This document shows positions 1 through 9,349 of a DNA stretch of 64,000 bases, piece by piece (position 1 is the stretch's first letter; every line of letters begins with the position of its first letter). The DNA is from a virus. A program made the position numbers and the translations under genes. The stretch is taken from IMG/VR virus record IMGVR_UViG_3300025099_000014, positions 1 through 64,000 of that record, one strand, 5' to 3'. The notes beneath the pieces were generated by a model that searched no databases, was not told where the DNA came from, and saw only the letters and a list, made by a program, of their open reading frames with translations.

Positions 1-6
1 GTTTAA

Positions 7-838
7 TACCATATGGTACGAATCTATATAATTTTTTGATAATATCAAAAAAGGAGTAATAGTTGTCTTCGAGAAAATGAGACAAATATGTACGACTGAT
101 ACTTTTTGTGAAAAATTACATAGATGAGTCCCTAGCGGTTTTTCGCGCCAGAGCGGGAGTACAGACCTCTAAACCCCTTTAGTAAAACACCTATAAATAA
201 AAACATTTATTATCATAAATCTTTTACTAGGATTTATGTTAATGTAACGGTAAACCATTACATTTACTAAACCCACAGTGCCTTAGAATTCTGTACCATA
301 TGGTGTGAACCTCATGAGGTTCTTATATCCCGCGAAACCCCTGCCCCTAACCCAAATAAATTACTTTTATTTCACTCAGCGTAGCCTCTCCCATGTAAAA
401 ACATTTAACATATACGTGTCTACGCCCTGCGAAAGAAAACTAACGCTGTCGCTATTTCTTTGCACGTCCCATGTTATGATTCATACAACCATATGGTCCA
501 CATTTATGTTGGGACCCCGACGAGGCACAAAGGCTTATTGTTTTTAAATTTCATTAGAGATGAAAAAGCATAACGCTGACGCTCAACAAGCGTACCATAT
601 GGTCCCATCCCCGAGGTATTCCCGTTGGCTTAACTTTCCTTGAATAAAGGAATTTTTACCCGTTATTAAATACAATTAATAGTGCAAAAACCCTACCGTT
701 TCATTTATCCTGCAGAAACTCAAGTACCATATGGGTGGCCTTGATTATAATTGAATTTATAATAAGGTGCCGCGTTAGGCAAACCCGCACCGCTGCGGTA
801 CTACAATGATTTAATTAAACACATTAGTACCATATGGT
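7..838. repeat. Dispersed array of six palindromic ACCATATGG(T) sites in a non-coding region
   Basis: Copies start at 8, 295, 488, 594, 726 (ACCATATGGG) and 829; the first extends to the 12-bp palindrome TACCATATGGTA (7-18); four copies are preceded by GT. No convincing ORF in the region. Confidence 0.9.
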
Positions 839-949
839 TCCGCTTTGCGTGAACTTATTTTGTTATTTAAATAAAAAAACCAAATAACCCATTCAGATAC
901 CCAATCTTTATAGGGAACCCCAAAGTTTGCCTATTACAGAGGGAAAAAT

Positions 950-1306
950 ATGTATACCTTCAATTTTAACTTAGGTGGCGGGCAAAATACACCCGATACA
1001 CATGATTTTGAGCCAATAGTCAAGGCACTAAAAGACATTACAGAGGATTGGCAATCATTCTATAACCTATACAAAAGATTCGCGCCACCACCAGAAGAAA
1101 ACCAAGCCCAAATACAAGCATGGTTTAAAGAAATCAAACTTTCCCTCGACGCAATCATAGAATTGTATAATAAAATACCTAATTCGCCAGATATGGACAA
1201 TATACATGGCCCGGAAGAAGCAGAAAATATGCTAAATCAATTCGTTGAATTGAATAAGTTATTTCAACCAGACAAACCAGATACAGATACAACAGGATAT
1301 AATTAA
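950..1306 (+). CDS. Hypothetical protein
   Basis: 118-aa ORF with TTTATAG at 907 and AGAGGGA before the ATG; no recognisable motif. Confidence 0.6.
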   Translation: MYTFNFNLGGGQNTPDTHDFEPIVKALKDITEDWQSFYNLYKRFAPPPEENQAQIQAWFKEIKLSLDAIIELYNKIPNSPDMDNIHGPEEAENMLNQFVELNKLFQPDKPDTDTTGYN

Positions 1307-1449
1307 ATACGCTATTTAAATAATGTTATTTAGATAAACCTTGGAAATAGAATAAAAAAAATAATTAAATTTTCGCTAGTCGCAAAAAAATTACCGCCCA
1401 ATTTTTGAAAAATGAAAAATGATATGGAAGTGTTGTAAGCATAGTAACT

Positions 1450-1457
1450 TTTATTAA
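1450..1457 (+). promoter_or_regulatory. Archaeal TATA box, probably for a leaderless transcript
   Basis: TTTATTAA 29 nt before ATG 1479; no RBS in between. Confidence 0.55.
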
Positions 1458-1478
1458 TAATATAACAGATGATAAACT

Positions 1479-3614
1479 ATGTGGCGTGATATTCTCAAGG
1501 ATGAAGGTAGGTCATTAGCCTCATATATAGATACTCCGGGTACTCGACTTAATCCAAGTATTTTTAATATTGATAATGTTGCTTACAGTGCAGGTGCGCG
1601 AGAATTATTCGGTGAAAGAAATGAGAAGTCACTCATAATAACTGAAGAAAAAGGAAATGAAATTGTTATAGCAATATACAAAGGAGAAATTCTTAGTGAA
1701 GTTGTTGATGATTGTAAAAATTTTCTAAAGGAATTTTTAGAAACAGAAATATTTAATAATCTAGAACAAGTCCAAAAAGGGCCTATTGATAAAATATTAG
1801 ATGATACTGTTAGACCTATAGTTGCTAGATTTGTTGGTAGAATGCTTGGTGTGTTTTTTGAAGATAGCACTCCAATAAGAGAGGGAGGGATTTTAGCGTC
1901 AGGAAAACTTAGAGTCAATAATGAAGTTACTGTAAATACAATTGTGTATGGTGATTATCTACAAGGTTTAAAGGACGCAGTACATGACAATGCGGGAACG
2001 ACAGTCACTTATCCGGGTTATATTGGCAATCCGAGTGCGGTTGATATAAAGAATAACCTAGGTGAGTTAGTCCATGATTCAGGGGCTCGAAGAACTGATT
2101 CATATAGATTTAGGGATAAATATGGCTCAAGCAATAGAGCATATCTTCGTCACTCTGATTGGCACTCCACTTTAAGTTTAACTAGTGACGAAGATTACGG
2201 CGGAGATGCCGGCTCAGGCGAGCCTCTGAAAATACCTAGGTCACAAAGGGTTACTAATGCAAACAATCAAACATATGTTAGAATTCAAAAAGATAATTTA
2301 AATAATATGAGTAATGAGAATCTATCTAATATGATTATAAAACACATGGACGCTACTCTTGGCAATCTAGGCCGCGACCATCGACCGAGTAAAGCAATGG
2401 ATGTAACACGTAAGTTTGTACAACAAATATTATCTGAAAAAAATATAGCAGAGCATTTAGGGGGCAACCCCGTATTAGCAAGAGAACTTTTTACTTATGG
2501 TGGGCAAATGCGAGATGTTCCGGGTAAGAATCCAGAAGATATTATGGAACGTCTTCCAGAATACACCAAGAGAAATTTACAAATCGAGCGAGAAAGTCCG
2601 GGTGTAGAAAACTATAAGGTATTACTTGGAGACCAAGAACTTTTAAGGACGTATTTTTCTCTTAGATTTGGAATTGACAGGAGTAAGCCCATAAAAATAA
2701 AAGGGATTAGACGTAGTAAACCAATTGCACAAGTTACACATGCAGGTCTCCGTCGCAAAGGACCCTTTACTAATACTTCTCTTATATATGGTGCTAGAAA
2801 CCCAGAAGGCAAAGAATATTTAGATGTAGCAAGATTTGGCTATACTCATACAAAAATTCATCAGCCAGTCGAGGCACTAAAGGAGATACTAGGGATGTTA
2901 ACCAATACTAAAGAAAAATCACCAAGGTATGATATGCCAGTAGATTTAGTTGCACACTCTAGTTTAGAAAGCACAATAGCACAAAGTAAAGAAGAGGATG
3001 GGGTATCATGGGAATATAGTAATATAAATGAAAGACATTTTGTAAAGATAGAACATTCAATACCCTACCCTTCAGATAGTTATCTCATAGAGTATTTTGA
3101 CCAGATTTTCGGAGGAACAAATGTTGACAGAGTGTATGATATGATACAAGACGCAATGGAAAATGATACAATGGCAGTATTAAAGTTTAAATTTTATGTT
3201 GATGCCACGGGTGGAAGAAGAGTAAAATATGACAGGGGTAGTTCGGAAATAGAGTATGAGGGTTTTCCCGATGATACACAAACCAATTATGCTGGCCAAG
3301 CACATTATTGTATATATGATAGGATTGATAGGACAATAGAAGAAGACAGGGCAGGTCAGGTTTGCATAATTAGTTATGCGGATAATTTAGGAGATTCTAT
3401 TGTGCAATTTTTAATGGGGCAAAAAAACATATTTCCCGTATTAAAAGGTAATTATAGAGATGGTTCCGTAAGTATTTCTAAGGACTACATCACAAGGGAA
3501 GACATAGAGCATATAGCGATGGTCCCAGACGATTTAAAAAGACCCTTAAAACAATTAGTTGATTTAATCATATGGCGTGGGAAAAGAAGCAGGTTAAAAG
3601 TAATCGAAGAGTAA
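1479..3614 (+). CDS. Large hypothetical protein with N-terminal W-tag
   Basis: 711-aa ORF starting MWRDILK. Confidence 0.85.
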   Translation: MWRDILKDEGRSLASYIDTPGTRLNPSIFNIDNVAYSAGARELFGERNEKSLIITEEKGNEIVIAIYKGEILSEVVDDCKNFLKEFLETEIFNNLEQVQKGPIDKILDDTVRPIVARFVGRMLGVFFEDSTPIREGGILASGKLRVNNEVTVNTIVYGDYLQGLKDAVHDNAGTTVTYPGYIGNPSAVDIKNNLGELVHDSGARRTDSYRFRDKYGSSNRAYLRHSDWHSTLSLTSDEDYGGDAGSGEPLKIPRSQRVTNANNQTYVRIQKDNLNNMSNENLSNMIIKHMDATLGNLGRDHRPSKAMDVTRKFVQQILSEKNIAEHLGGNPVLARELFTYGGQMRDVPGKNPEDIMERLPEYTKRNLQIERESPGVENYKVLLGDQELLRTYFSLRFGIDRSKPIKIKGIRRSKPIAQVTHAGLRRKGPFTNTSLIYGARNPEGKEYLDVARFGYTHTKIHQPVEALKEILGMLTNTKEKSPRYDMPVDLVAHSSLESTIAQSKEEDGVSWEYSNINERHFVKIEHSIPYPSDSYLIEYFDQIFGGTNVDRVYDMIQDAMENDTMAVLKFKFYVDATGGRRVKYDRGSSEIEYEGFPDDTQTNYAGQAHYCIYDRIDRTIEEDRAGQVCIISYADNLGDSIVQFLMGQKNIFPVLKGNYRDGSVSISKDYITREDIEHIAMVPDDLKRPLKQLVDLIIWRGKRSRLKVIEE

Positions 3615-3624
3615 GGTGAAAAAG

Positions 3625-4518
3625 ATGGAATGGGAAAATAAATTAATCAAAACACCATATAGAGAAATTACTCAAGAGCGGGTTGGTGAAATCACTAGAG
3701 AGTATATTAATGTTGAAGGTGAAACCTATGACAAAATATATTCCGGGGCAAAAAAAGGTGATACTCCTAGTACTTATTGGACTCATGACCCAACTATGGC
3801 TTTATGGTATGCAATAAAGGGTGACACAATAGCACCAACCAATAGGTCTGGTACTCCAATTATTTTTGAAGCAGATGTAACTGAAGAAATAATAGATGTT
3901 TACAAAGACCCAGAAACAGATGGTGGTTTAATTGATTTAGAGGACACTGTAAAAAATTACCGAGTAATTGAAGGTCCAGAGTTGGCGCAATTTATGGAAG
4001 ATAATTATGTTGATGGATATTATATGGGGCTTCATCCAGAAGAATACGATAGAACAATAGATGTATTGCGAACTGGTGACGAGAGGGCTATGGAGCATTT
4101 CTTTGGTCCTAGAATTACAGATGTTAGACAAAGCATGAGAACTAAAGATTATAAAAAGCGAGCAGCCGACCAATATTGGAGGGCTTTCGTCCGCAACGGT
4201 AAGTTAAAAACTAAGGATGAAGTAGAAAAATCTTGGGTGGAAACAATTAACAAAAAGGATAAAAAAGATATGCGAGTAGGTAGTGTATACCCTAGTGATA
4301 GAGAGGGTAAGAAAATTATGATGCTTACTCATGAAGGTAAGAAAATTCATGCTGGCGCTAAAGGTTATGGTAATTGGAAAGGAAAAGGTAAAAACAGAGG
4401 CGGTGGCACACATAAAAACCCAAAACGTCGAAAGAGTTTTAGAGCAAGACATAAATGTGACCAATGTAAAGGAAGAATTACAACTTCTAAATGTTTAGCC
4501 TGTAAAAAGTTGTGGTGA
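3625..4518 (+). CDS. Two-domain W-tag protein: possible ADP-ribosyltransferase-like domain plus basic Cys/His C-terminal domain (DUF5754-like)
   Basis: GGTGA at 3615 favours ATG 3625 (MEWENKLIK); YSG...YWTHDPTMALWYA...IFEA motif; internal KSWVETINK; C-terminus GKKIHAGAKGY...HKNPKRRKSFRARHKC...C..C..LW. Confidence 0.55.
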   Translation: MEWENKLIKTPYREITQERVGEITREYINVEGETYDKIYSGAKKGDTPSTYWTHDPTMALWYAIKGDTIAPTNRSGTPIIFEADVTEEIIDVYKDPETDGGLIDLEDTVKNYRVIEGPELAQFMEDNYVDGYYMGLHPEEYDRTIDVLRTGDERAMEHFFGPRITDVRQSMRTKDYKKRAADQYWRAFVRNGKLKTKDEVEKSWVETINKKDKKDMRVGSVYPSDREGKKIMMLTHEGKKIHAGAKGYGNWKGKGKNRGGGTHKNPKRRKSFRARHKCDQCKGRITTSKCLACKKLW

Positions 4519-4522
4519 TAAT

Positions 4523-4993
4523 TTGTGGGAAGATATTATTAAAGCGGAATTTCAGGTTAAGACAAATTTTCCTGATGCAGATATTTGGCTTCAAACTAGA
4601 GGTGAGGATAAAAACGTTGGCAAACCACTGAAGCAATTTTCTTCCGTTCAAGGCAAATACAATTACGGTATTAAACTTCCCGAAGGCTGGAATAAAGATT
4701 ATGTATTCAAGCAGTTGGCCGATTTATATAGAAACGGTCATTGGAAGATTCATTCTTATGGTACTTTAAATTTACAACATATTCGCAAGGACGATATTTT
4801 GCAGGTCTTAGATAAGTTGGAAAACAAAGAAGATTATACGGATGAAACTTCTGAAAAGTTTCAAGAAATATATGAAAACTGGCTTACATATTCAAAAGCA
4901 GTTGCTGAAATGTTAGAAGGTCATAGTTCAGAACTTGTACGCGAAGGTAGAGAAATAAAACGGTTTATAGAAAAACTAGAGGGTATGAGATAA
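4523..4993 (+). CDS. W-tag protein resembling a type I R-M specificity (HsdS TRD-like) fragment
   Basis: TTG start after GGTGA (MWEDIIK); ADIWLQTRG...VGKP...DYVF..L......W....GTLNLQHIRKDDI resembles the conserved end of HsdS TRDs. Confidence 0.5.
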   Translation: MWEDIIKAEFQVKTNFPDADIWLQTRGEDKNVGKPLKQFSSVQGKYNYGIKLPEGWNKDYVFKQLADLYRNGHWKIHSYGTLNLQHIRKDDILQVLDKLENKEDYTDETSEKFQEIYENWLTYSKAVAEMLEGHSSELVREGREIKRFIEKLEGMR

Positions 4994-5001
4994 TTTATAT
5001 A
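4994..5001 (+). promoter_or_regulatory. Archaeal TATA box
   Basis: TTTATATA immediately after the stop codon and 30 nt before ATG 5024. Confidence 0.7.
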
Positions 5002-5023
5002 GAACATAAACGAGTGAATAAAT

Positions 5024-5224
5024 ATGAATTGGTTCGATGTTATTAAATCGGATAAAATAATTGAAGATAAAATTATTGCAGAGTTCAAAAAAGAAGGAGG
5101 TGCTTTAGGTATGAAAAACCTTAAAGCAATTGCACCACCTAAAGAACTCAATAGAGTCCTAGATGCTATGAAGCGCAGAAAACTAATTTATGTGCATGAG
5201 CATGGCGATTTAATTATGAGGTGA
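5024..5224 (+). CDS. Small W-tag protein, winged-helix-like
   Basis: MNWFDVIK; helix-helix-helix then two beta strands (IIAEFKKEGGALGMKNL...ELNRVLDAMKRRKLIYVHEHGDLI). Confidence 0.65.
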   Translation: MNWFDVIKSDKIIEDKIIAEFKKEGGALGMKNLKAIAPPKELNRVLDAMKRRKLIYVHEHGDLIMR

Positions 5225-5228
5225 ATAA

Positions 5229-5810
5229 ATGTGGTGGGGTGTAATTAAATCAAAATGGATGGGCCAAATGTCCGACAGTAAAAAGGAGTTACTTGAACAC
5301 GAACCTAAAATTAAAATTGATATTCCTAAGATGTCTTACCCTGATGACCGTAAAGAAGTTAAAGAAGTAATAAAGGTAATGAAAGAAAAACCAGTGCCCG
5401 AAGATATTATGTCTAAACACGACAAAGATTCCGACCAAGTATTATTTGATATTGTAGATGCAAAAAGTTCTGATTATGAAGATTTTATAAAAGACGTTAA
5501 CTCGTACGTAATGCGAGAGAAAGTAAAATATGCAAGAAAAAGACCAAATGAAGTTTCTGATATTGTAGAAAGTAAAACAGAAACAGATGATACTCCGGCT
5601 TTTCCTTCGGGTCACGCAACTTTAGTTTATGCTTTAGAAAAAATGTTAGCCGACAAATACCCTAATAAAGCAGAACAATTAAATAATACCACTGAGATGT
5701 TAGCATTAGCAAGAGTTCAACTTGGTTCACACTATCCTTCGGATATTAAAGCAGGTAAACAATTGGGATATTTAATAGCAAAAAAATACTTGGGGGATAA
5801 AAACAAATGA
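5229..5810 (+). CDS. PAP2-superfamily phosphatase with W-tag
   Basis: MWWGVIK; all three PAP2 motifs: KVKYARKRP, PAFPSGHA, ARVQLGSHYPSD; GAGGTGA RBS. Confidence 0.9.
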   Translation: MWWGVIKSKWMGQMSDSKKELLEHEPKIKIDIPKMSYPDDRKEVKEVIKVMKEKPVPEDIMSKHDKDSDQVLFDIVDAKSSDYEDFIKDVNSYVMREKVKYARKRPNEVSDIVESKTETDDTPAFPSGHATLVYALEKMLADKYPNKAEQLNNTTEMLALARVQLGSHYPSDIKAGKQLGYLIAKKYLGDKNK

Positions 5811-6262
5811 AATGGGAACATATATTAAAAAATGTTGAACAAGACGGTAGAGAATTCATAAGTAATTACTTTGCAGAATTAATTAGTAGCATAGGTGGGG
5901 CAATAAACTCACTGCAGACCAACTTAGCAACCCTACTAGAAGCGAAGGCAAAGATGATAAAAGACCGCGATGCACAAGAATCCCTAACAAGAAGGGTGTT
6001 AGATTCAATGTATGAAAAAAGTATTCAAGAAATAGACGAAGTTATTGAGCAAACACAGAAACAACTAACTACGTTCCGGGGCATGGTTGTAGATATAAGA
6101 GGTAACGAGAGAATGATTGAAGGGCTACCAATAGGAGTGGCGTTAAAATCTCTTGAAGATTATTTTGAAGGAAAAGATACAACTGGCTTCCCTCCTTTAG
6201 ATAGGCAAAAATTAGCCGAACTATTACATAGAATAGGTTTTGAAGGGAAGGGTATGGAATGA
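5807..6262 (+). CDS. Coiled-coil W-tag protein
   Basis: MKWEHILK; heptad-rich; ATGA overlap with upstream gene. Confidence 0.8.
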   Translation: MKWEHILKNVEQDGREFISNYFAELISSIGGAINSLQTNLATLLEAKAKMIKDRDAQESLTRRVLDSMYEKSIQEIDEVIEQTQKQLTTFRGMVVDIRGNERMIEGLPIGVALKSLEDYFEGKDTTGFPPLDRQKLAELLHRIGFEGKGME

Positions 6263-7905
6263 CAGAAGATATTGACGACTTAGTAGAAAAGGCAAAAGTC
6301 CTAGCAGAAGCAACAGGTCGAGAGGAAGCCGATGTATTGGCCGACTTAATGGATGACGGTGTGTTAAATGATTCACACAAAGAAACCGAAAAGACAGATT
6401 TAGTAACACAATTAAAAGAGGCTGCAGAACTAATTAATACTGTTCAGGCAATTAACCAAGAAGTTGCAGAAAACAAAGTGCTTAACGGTAACGGTAATTC
6501 CACTAACGTAGAAATTGATACTACACTAGAGGGCGATATTGTAGACAGGGCTATTGAATCTGTCCAACGTAAAGCCGAAAATATTAAGAAGATTATTATT
6601 CTTGTCGCTCCATTGTTCTTATTAGTTGGAGGTGGAGGAACATTAGAGATGTTTGGAATAACCGACTTTACTGGTGATAACGATGAATACGAAGACCCTT
6701 ACACGCCAGACATTACCACTCCTGAGATTTGGGGATGCACAGATTGGGAAGCAGATAATTATGATGAATATGCTACACTTGATGACGGTTCTTGTTATTA
6801 TCCTGTATATGGTTGTATGAATAACGCTGCTCCAAATTATAATCCTGATGCAACAGTAGAAGATGGTTCATGTACGCGTGGTGGTTGTATTGACCCCGAA
6901 GCAGAAAACTACGATGATACCGCTAACGAAGATGATGGAAGTTGCGAATATTATGTAGAACCTATTTATGGTTGTACTGACTTAGAAGCAAATAATTATC
7001 AGAGTGAAGCAGAAGAAGACGATGGTTCATGCACTTATGACCCAGAGCCGGTTTATGGTTGCACAGATGATTCTGCTAATAACTATAATTTCGAAGCAAC
7101 GGAAGATGATAATACTTGCGAATACGACCCTGAACCTATTTATGGTTGTACGGATGATAACGCAAATAATTATAATCCCGATGCTACTGATGACGATGAG
7201 TCATGCGAATATGACCCAGAATTAGAATGTGAAGTAGAAATTACTAATCACTATAGAGGTCATGTACAATCAGATGCAGAACAAGATGCAATATTAATTG
7301 CCTTTAGAATTGTTCCTACAGATTGTGATGATGAGGTTTTAGAAATAGACATAGATATGCATCCACCCGGAGAAGATGACGAAGTAGATTATACTCACTA
7401 TGTAGAAGTTAACGGTAGTGAACCAACAGATGTTTCTTATACTTTTGATAATGTAGCGGTAGGTGTTTGGGTTCCACGAATTACTGCGGCAATTGACGAT
7501 GAACCAATAGAAAGAATTTGGATGTGGTCAATCGAAGTAGTAGAGCAGGTTTGTGAAATTAATTTGTTCGGTATTAATTTTGGAACAAACAATACTTCTG
7601 CTGTTGTTATTTATGACCTTGATTGCGGTGACGAGGAAAATGACTTAGACGGATATAACGTGTCTGTGCAGTTCCTTGTGTATTCTGTTAACTCGTCAAA
7701 TAACACTAACCCTCCTATTCAACTCAATACCACAACACATTATATTCAGGGTTATGCAGACGACCCACGTATGCTTAGGTTAACTAATTTTACTGAAGGA
7801 AATACTACTCGGTATGACTTTTATTGGTATGTTACTTGGGTAGATGCTGATGGTGAAATGCAATATATTGAACGCACTTGGTTAAATAGAGAATTGGCTC
7901 CGTGA
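6259..7905 (+). CDS. Membrane-anchored acidic protein with six GCxD...NY...A..DDGSC repeats
   Basis: TM segment IIILVAPLFLLVGGGG; six Cys-pair repeats; beta-rich C-terminus. Confidence 0.85.
   Translation: MTEDIDDLVEKAKVLAEATGREEADVLADLMDDGVLNDSHKETEKTDLVTQLKEAAELINTVQAINQEVAENKVLNGNGNSTNVEIDTTLEGDIVDRAIESVQRKAENIKKIIILVAPLFLLVGGGGTLEMFGITDFTGDNDEYEDPYTPDITTPEIWGCTDWEADNYDEYATLDDGSCYYPVYGCMNNAAPNYNPDATVEDGSCTRGGCIDPEAENYDDTANEDDGSCEYYVEPIYGCTDLEANNYQSEAEEDDGSCTYDPEPVYGCTDDSANNYNFEATEDDNTCEYDPEPIYGCTDDNANNYNPDATDDDESCEYDPELECEVEITNHYRGHVQSDAEQDAILIAFRIVPTDCDDEVLEIDIDMHPPGEDDEVDYTHYVEVNGSEPTDVSYTFDNVAVGVWVPRITAAIDDEPIERIWMWSIEVVEQVCEINLFGINFGTNNTSAVVIYDLDCGDEENDLDGYNVSVQFLVYSVNSSNNTNPPIQLNTTTHYIQGYADDPRMLRLTNFTEGNTTRYDFYWYVTWVDADGEMQYIERTWLNRELAP
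6730..7212 (+). repeat. Six tandem 24-29-aa coding repeats (GCTDxxAxNYxxxAxxDDGSCxY)
   Basis: Visible in the translation and as repeated TATGGTTG..AC.GA nucleotide blocks. Confidence 0.9.
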
Positions 7906-7910
7906 TTATT

Positions 7911-8204
7911 ATGCCAATAAGAAAAGTTAAAGGTGGATATAAATGGGGTAAATCCGGTAAGGTTTATCCTACTCGTAAACAAGCAGAAAAACAAGCAGCC
8001 GCCGCTTACGCTTCTGGTTATAAAAAATCAGAAGAACAAGGAGAATGGTTTAATACCATTAAAGCAAAAAAGAAAACAAAAAAGGATGCTTGTTATCATA
8101 AAGTAAGAAGCAGATATGATGTTTGGCCTTCTGCTTATGCTTCTGGTGCTTTGGTTCAATGTCGTAAAGTTGGTGCAAAGAACTGGGGGAAGAAAAAGAA
8201 ATGA
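7911..8204 (+). CDS. Small basic two-domain viral protein (C-terminal part DUF5872-like) with internal W-tag
   Basis: Likely start MPIRKVKGGYKWG; internal KKSEEQGEWFNTIKA; KKDACYHKVRSRYDVWPSAYASGALVQCRK. Confidence 0.7.
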   Translation: MPIRKVKGGYKWGKSGKVYPTRKQAEKQAAAAYASGYKKSEEQGEWFNTIKAKKKTKKDACYHKVRSRYDVWPSAYASGALVQCRKVGAKNWGKKKK

Positions 8205-8485
8205 CTTGGGAACAAATACTAAAACGCAAACTAACTGCAAAACCTTCTTCTGAAACTTCTCTTAGAGATTGGTTTGGACGTAAAGGAGCCAAAGGTAGTA
8301 AAAGCGGTTGGGTAGATTGTAATACTTGCCGTAAAGATAAGAAAACTGGTCGTAAAAAATGTAAAGCATGTGGTCGCAGTAGTGGCGAAAAACGTGCAAA
8401 ATATCCTAAGTGTAGACCAACTCCAGCAGGATGTAGTAAAAAAGGTAATTACGGTAAAAAATCAAAGGTGGGCAGAAAAGGATGA
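8201..8485 (+). CDS. Basic Cys-rich W-tag protein (DUF5872-like)
   Basis: MTWEQILK; SLRDWF...GWVDC...CGR...YPKCRP. Confidence 0.7.
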   Translation: MTWEQILKRKLTAKPSSETSLRDWFGRKGAKGSKSGWVDCNTCRKDKKTGRKKCKACGRSSGEKRAKYPKCRPTPAGCSKKGNYGKKSKVGRKG

Positions 8486-8916
8486 AATTTAAATTATTAC
8501 CAGAAGACACCTTTCGTGGTATGGTAACTAATTTTACTTCAGCAATAGACAAAGGCTATCCTAATATTGTTTCCCCACTTACGTATTATGCTTATGTCGC
8601 AGAAGATTCTGTATTAGGTTATTCATCATTTTCAGACATGGGTGATTTTTACTTCGTAGGCAATACTTATATTCAGCCTGAAAATCGCGGTCAAGGAATA
8701 TACACTAAATTACTTTCTAATCGCAACGCACATCTTTCTGATAAACCTAAAATTACTTTAGTAAACCCAATAGAGGGCACAGATATTGCGGTGCTTTTTA
8801 GACAAGTTAATAAACAAGGTGGGATTAAGGTAGAATCATACAAGGACGTGGAAGATATTATGTGTCAAGATATGTATAATAAACTAAACACTCTTCCTTT
8901 GTTTATTTATAGGTGA
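8482..8916 (+). CDS. GNAT-family acetyltransferase
   Basis: Acetyl-CoA motif A: YIQPENRGQGIYTKLL. Confidence 0.8.
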   Translation: MKFKLLPEDTFRGMVTNFTSAIDKGYPNIVSPLTYYAYVAEDSVLGYSSFSDMGDFYFVGNTYIQPENRGQGIYTKLLSNRNAHLSDKPKITLVNPIEGTDIAVLFRQVNKQGGIKVESYKDVEDIMCQDMYNKLNTLPLFIYR

Positions 8917-8921
8917 TTATT

Positions 8922-9344
8922 ATGAGTTGGGAATATATTTTAAAGGATGAGACGTCCGGGCCAGTGTATCGTCCATTTACCACAAAACAATATATTGGCC
9001 TACTTGTATATGATTTTGTTGAGGAAAAGGAAACAGCATCACTTAAAGAAATTATAGATTTTTTGCAAGACCTAGCACGTAGACCGGATAGAGACATAGG
9101 CCCTAAAATGACGAAAGTGATAGCCGAAAGAAGAGGTATTTGGCCGGGTGGTTACGATTACTATTTTGGGAAGCATGGAGATAAATTACAAAGAAAAATT
9201 ACACAAAGCATAGGTAATAAAACTGACGCAGAGATGATGGCAATCGTAGGGGGAATGAAATTTCTAACTATGATTGATGATAATAAACTTAAAGTAGATG
9301 GAAATAGGCCAACACAAGAACGTATGGTAAATTGGGAATGGTGA
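8922..9344 (+). CDS. Hypothetical W-tag protein
   Basis: AGGTGA RBS at 8911 supports ATG 8922 (MSWEYILK). Confidence 0.8.
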   Translation: MSWEYILKDETSGPVYRPFTTKQYIGLLVYDFVEEKETASLKEIIDFLQDLARRPDRDIGPKMTKVIAERRGIWPGGYDYYFGKHGDKLQRKITQSIGNKTDAEMMAIVGGMKFLTMIDDNKLKVDGNRPTQERMVNWEW

Positions 9345-9349
9345 TTACT

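Noticed and set aside
305-547. 80-aa ORF in the left non-coding region
   Set aside because: GTG start without an RBS, atypical composition, and it overlaps the palindrome array; probably spurious.
766-800. GC-rich segment that might be a tRNA or structured RNA
   Set aside because: Only a 5-bp GGTGC/GCACC stem; no cloverleaf or T-loop consensus. No tRNA or rRNA was recognised anywhere in the window.
7-838. Possible mini-CRISPR array
   Set aside because: Repeats are only 9-12 bp with irregular 100-290 nt gaps; no cas genes seen.
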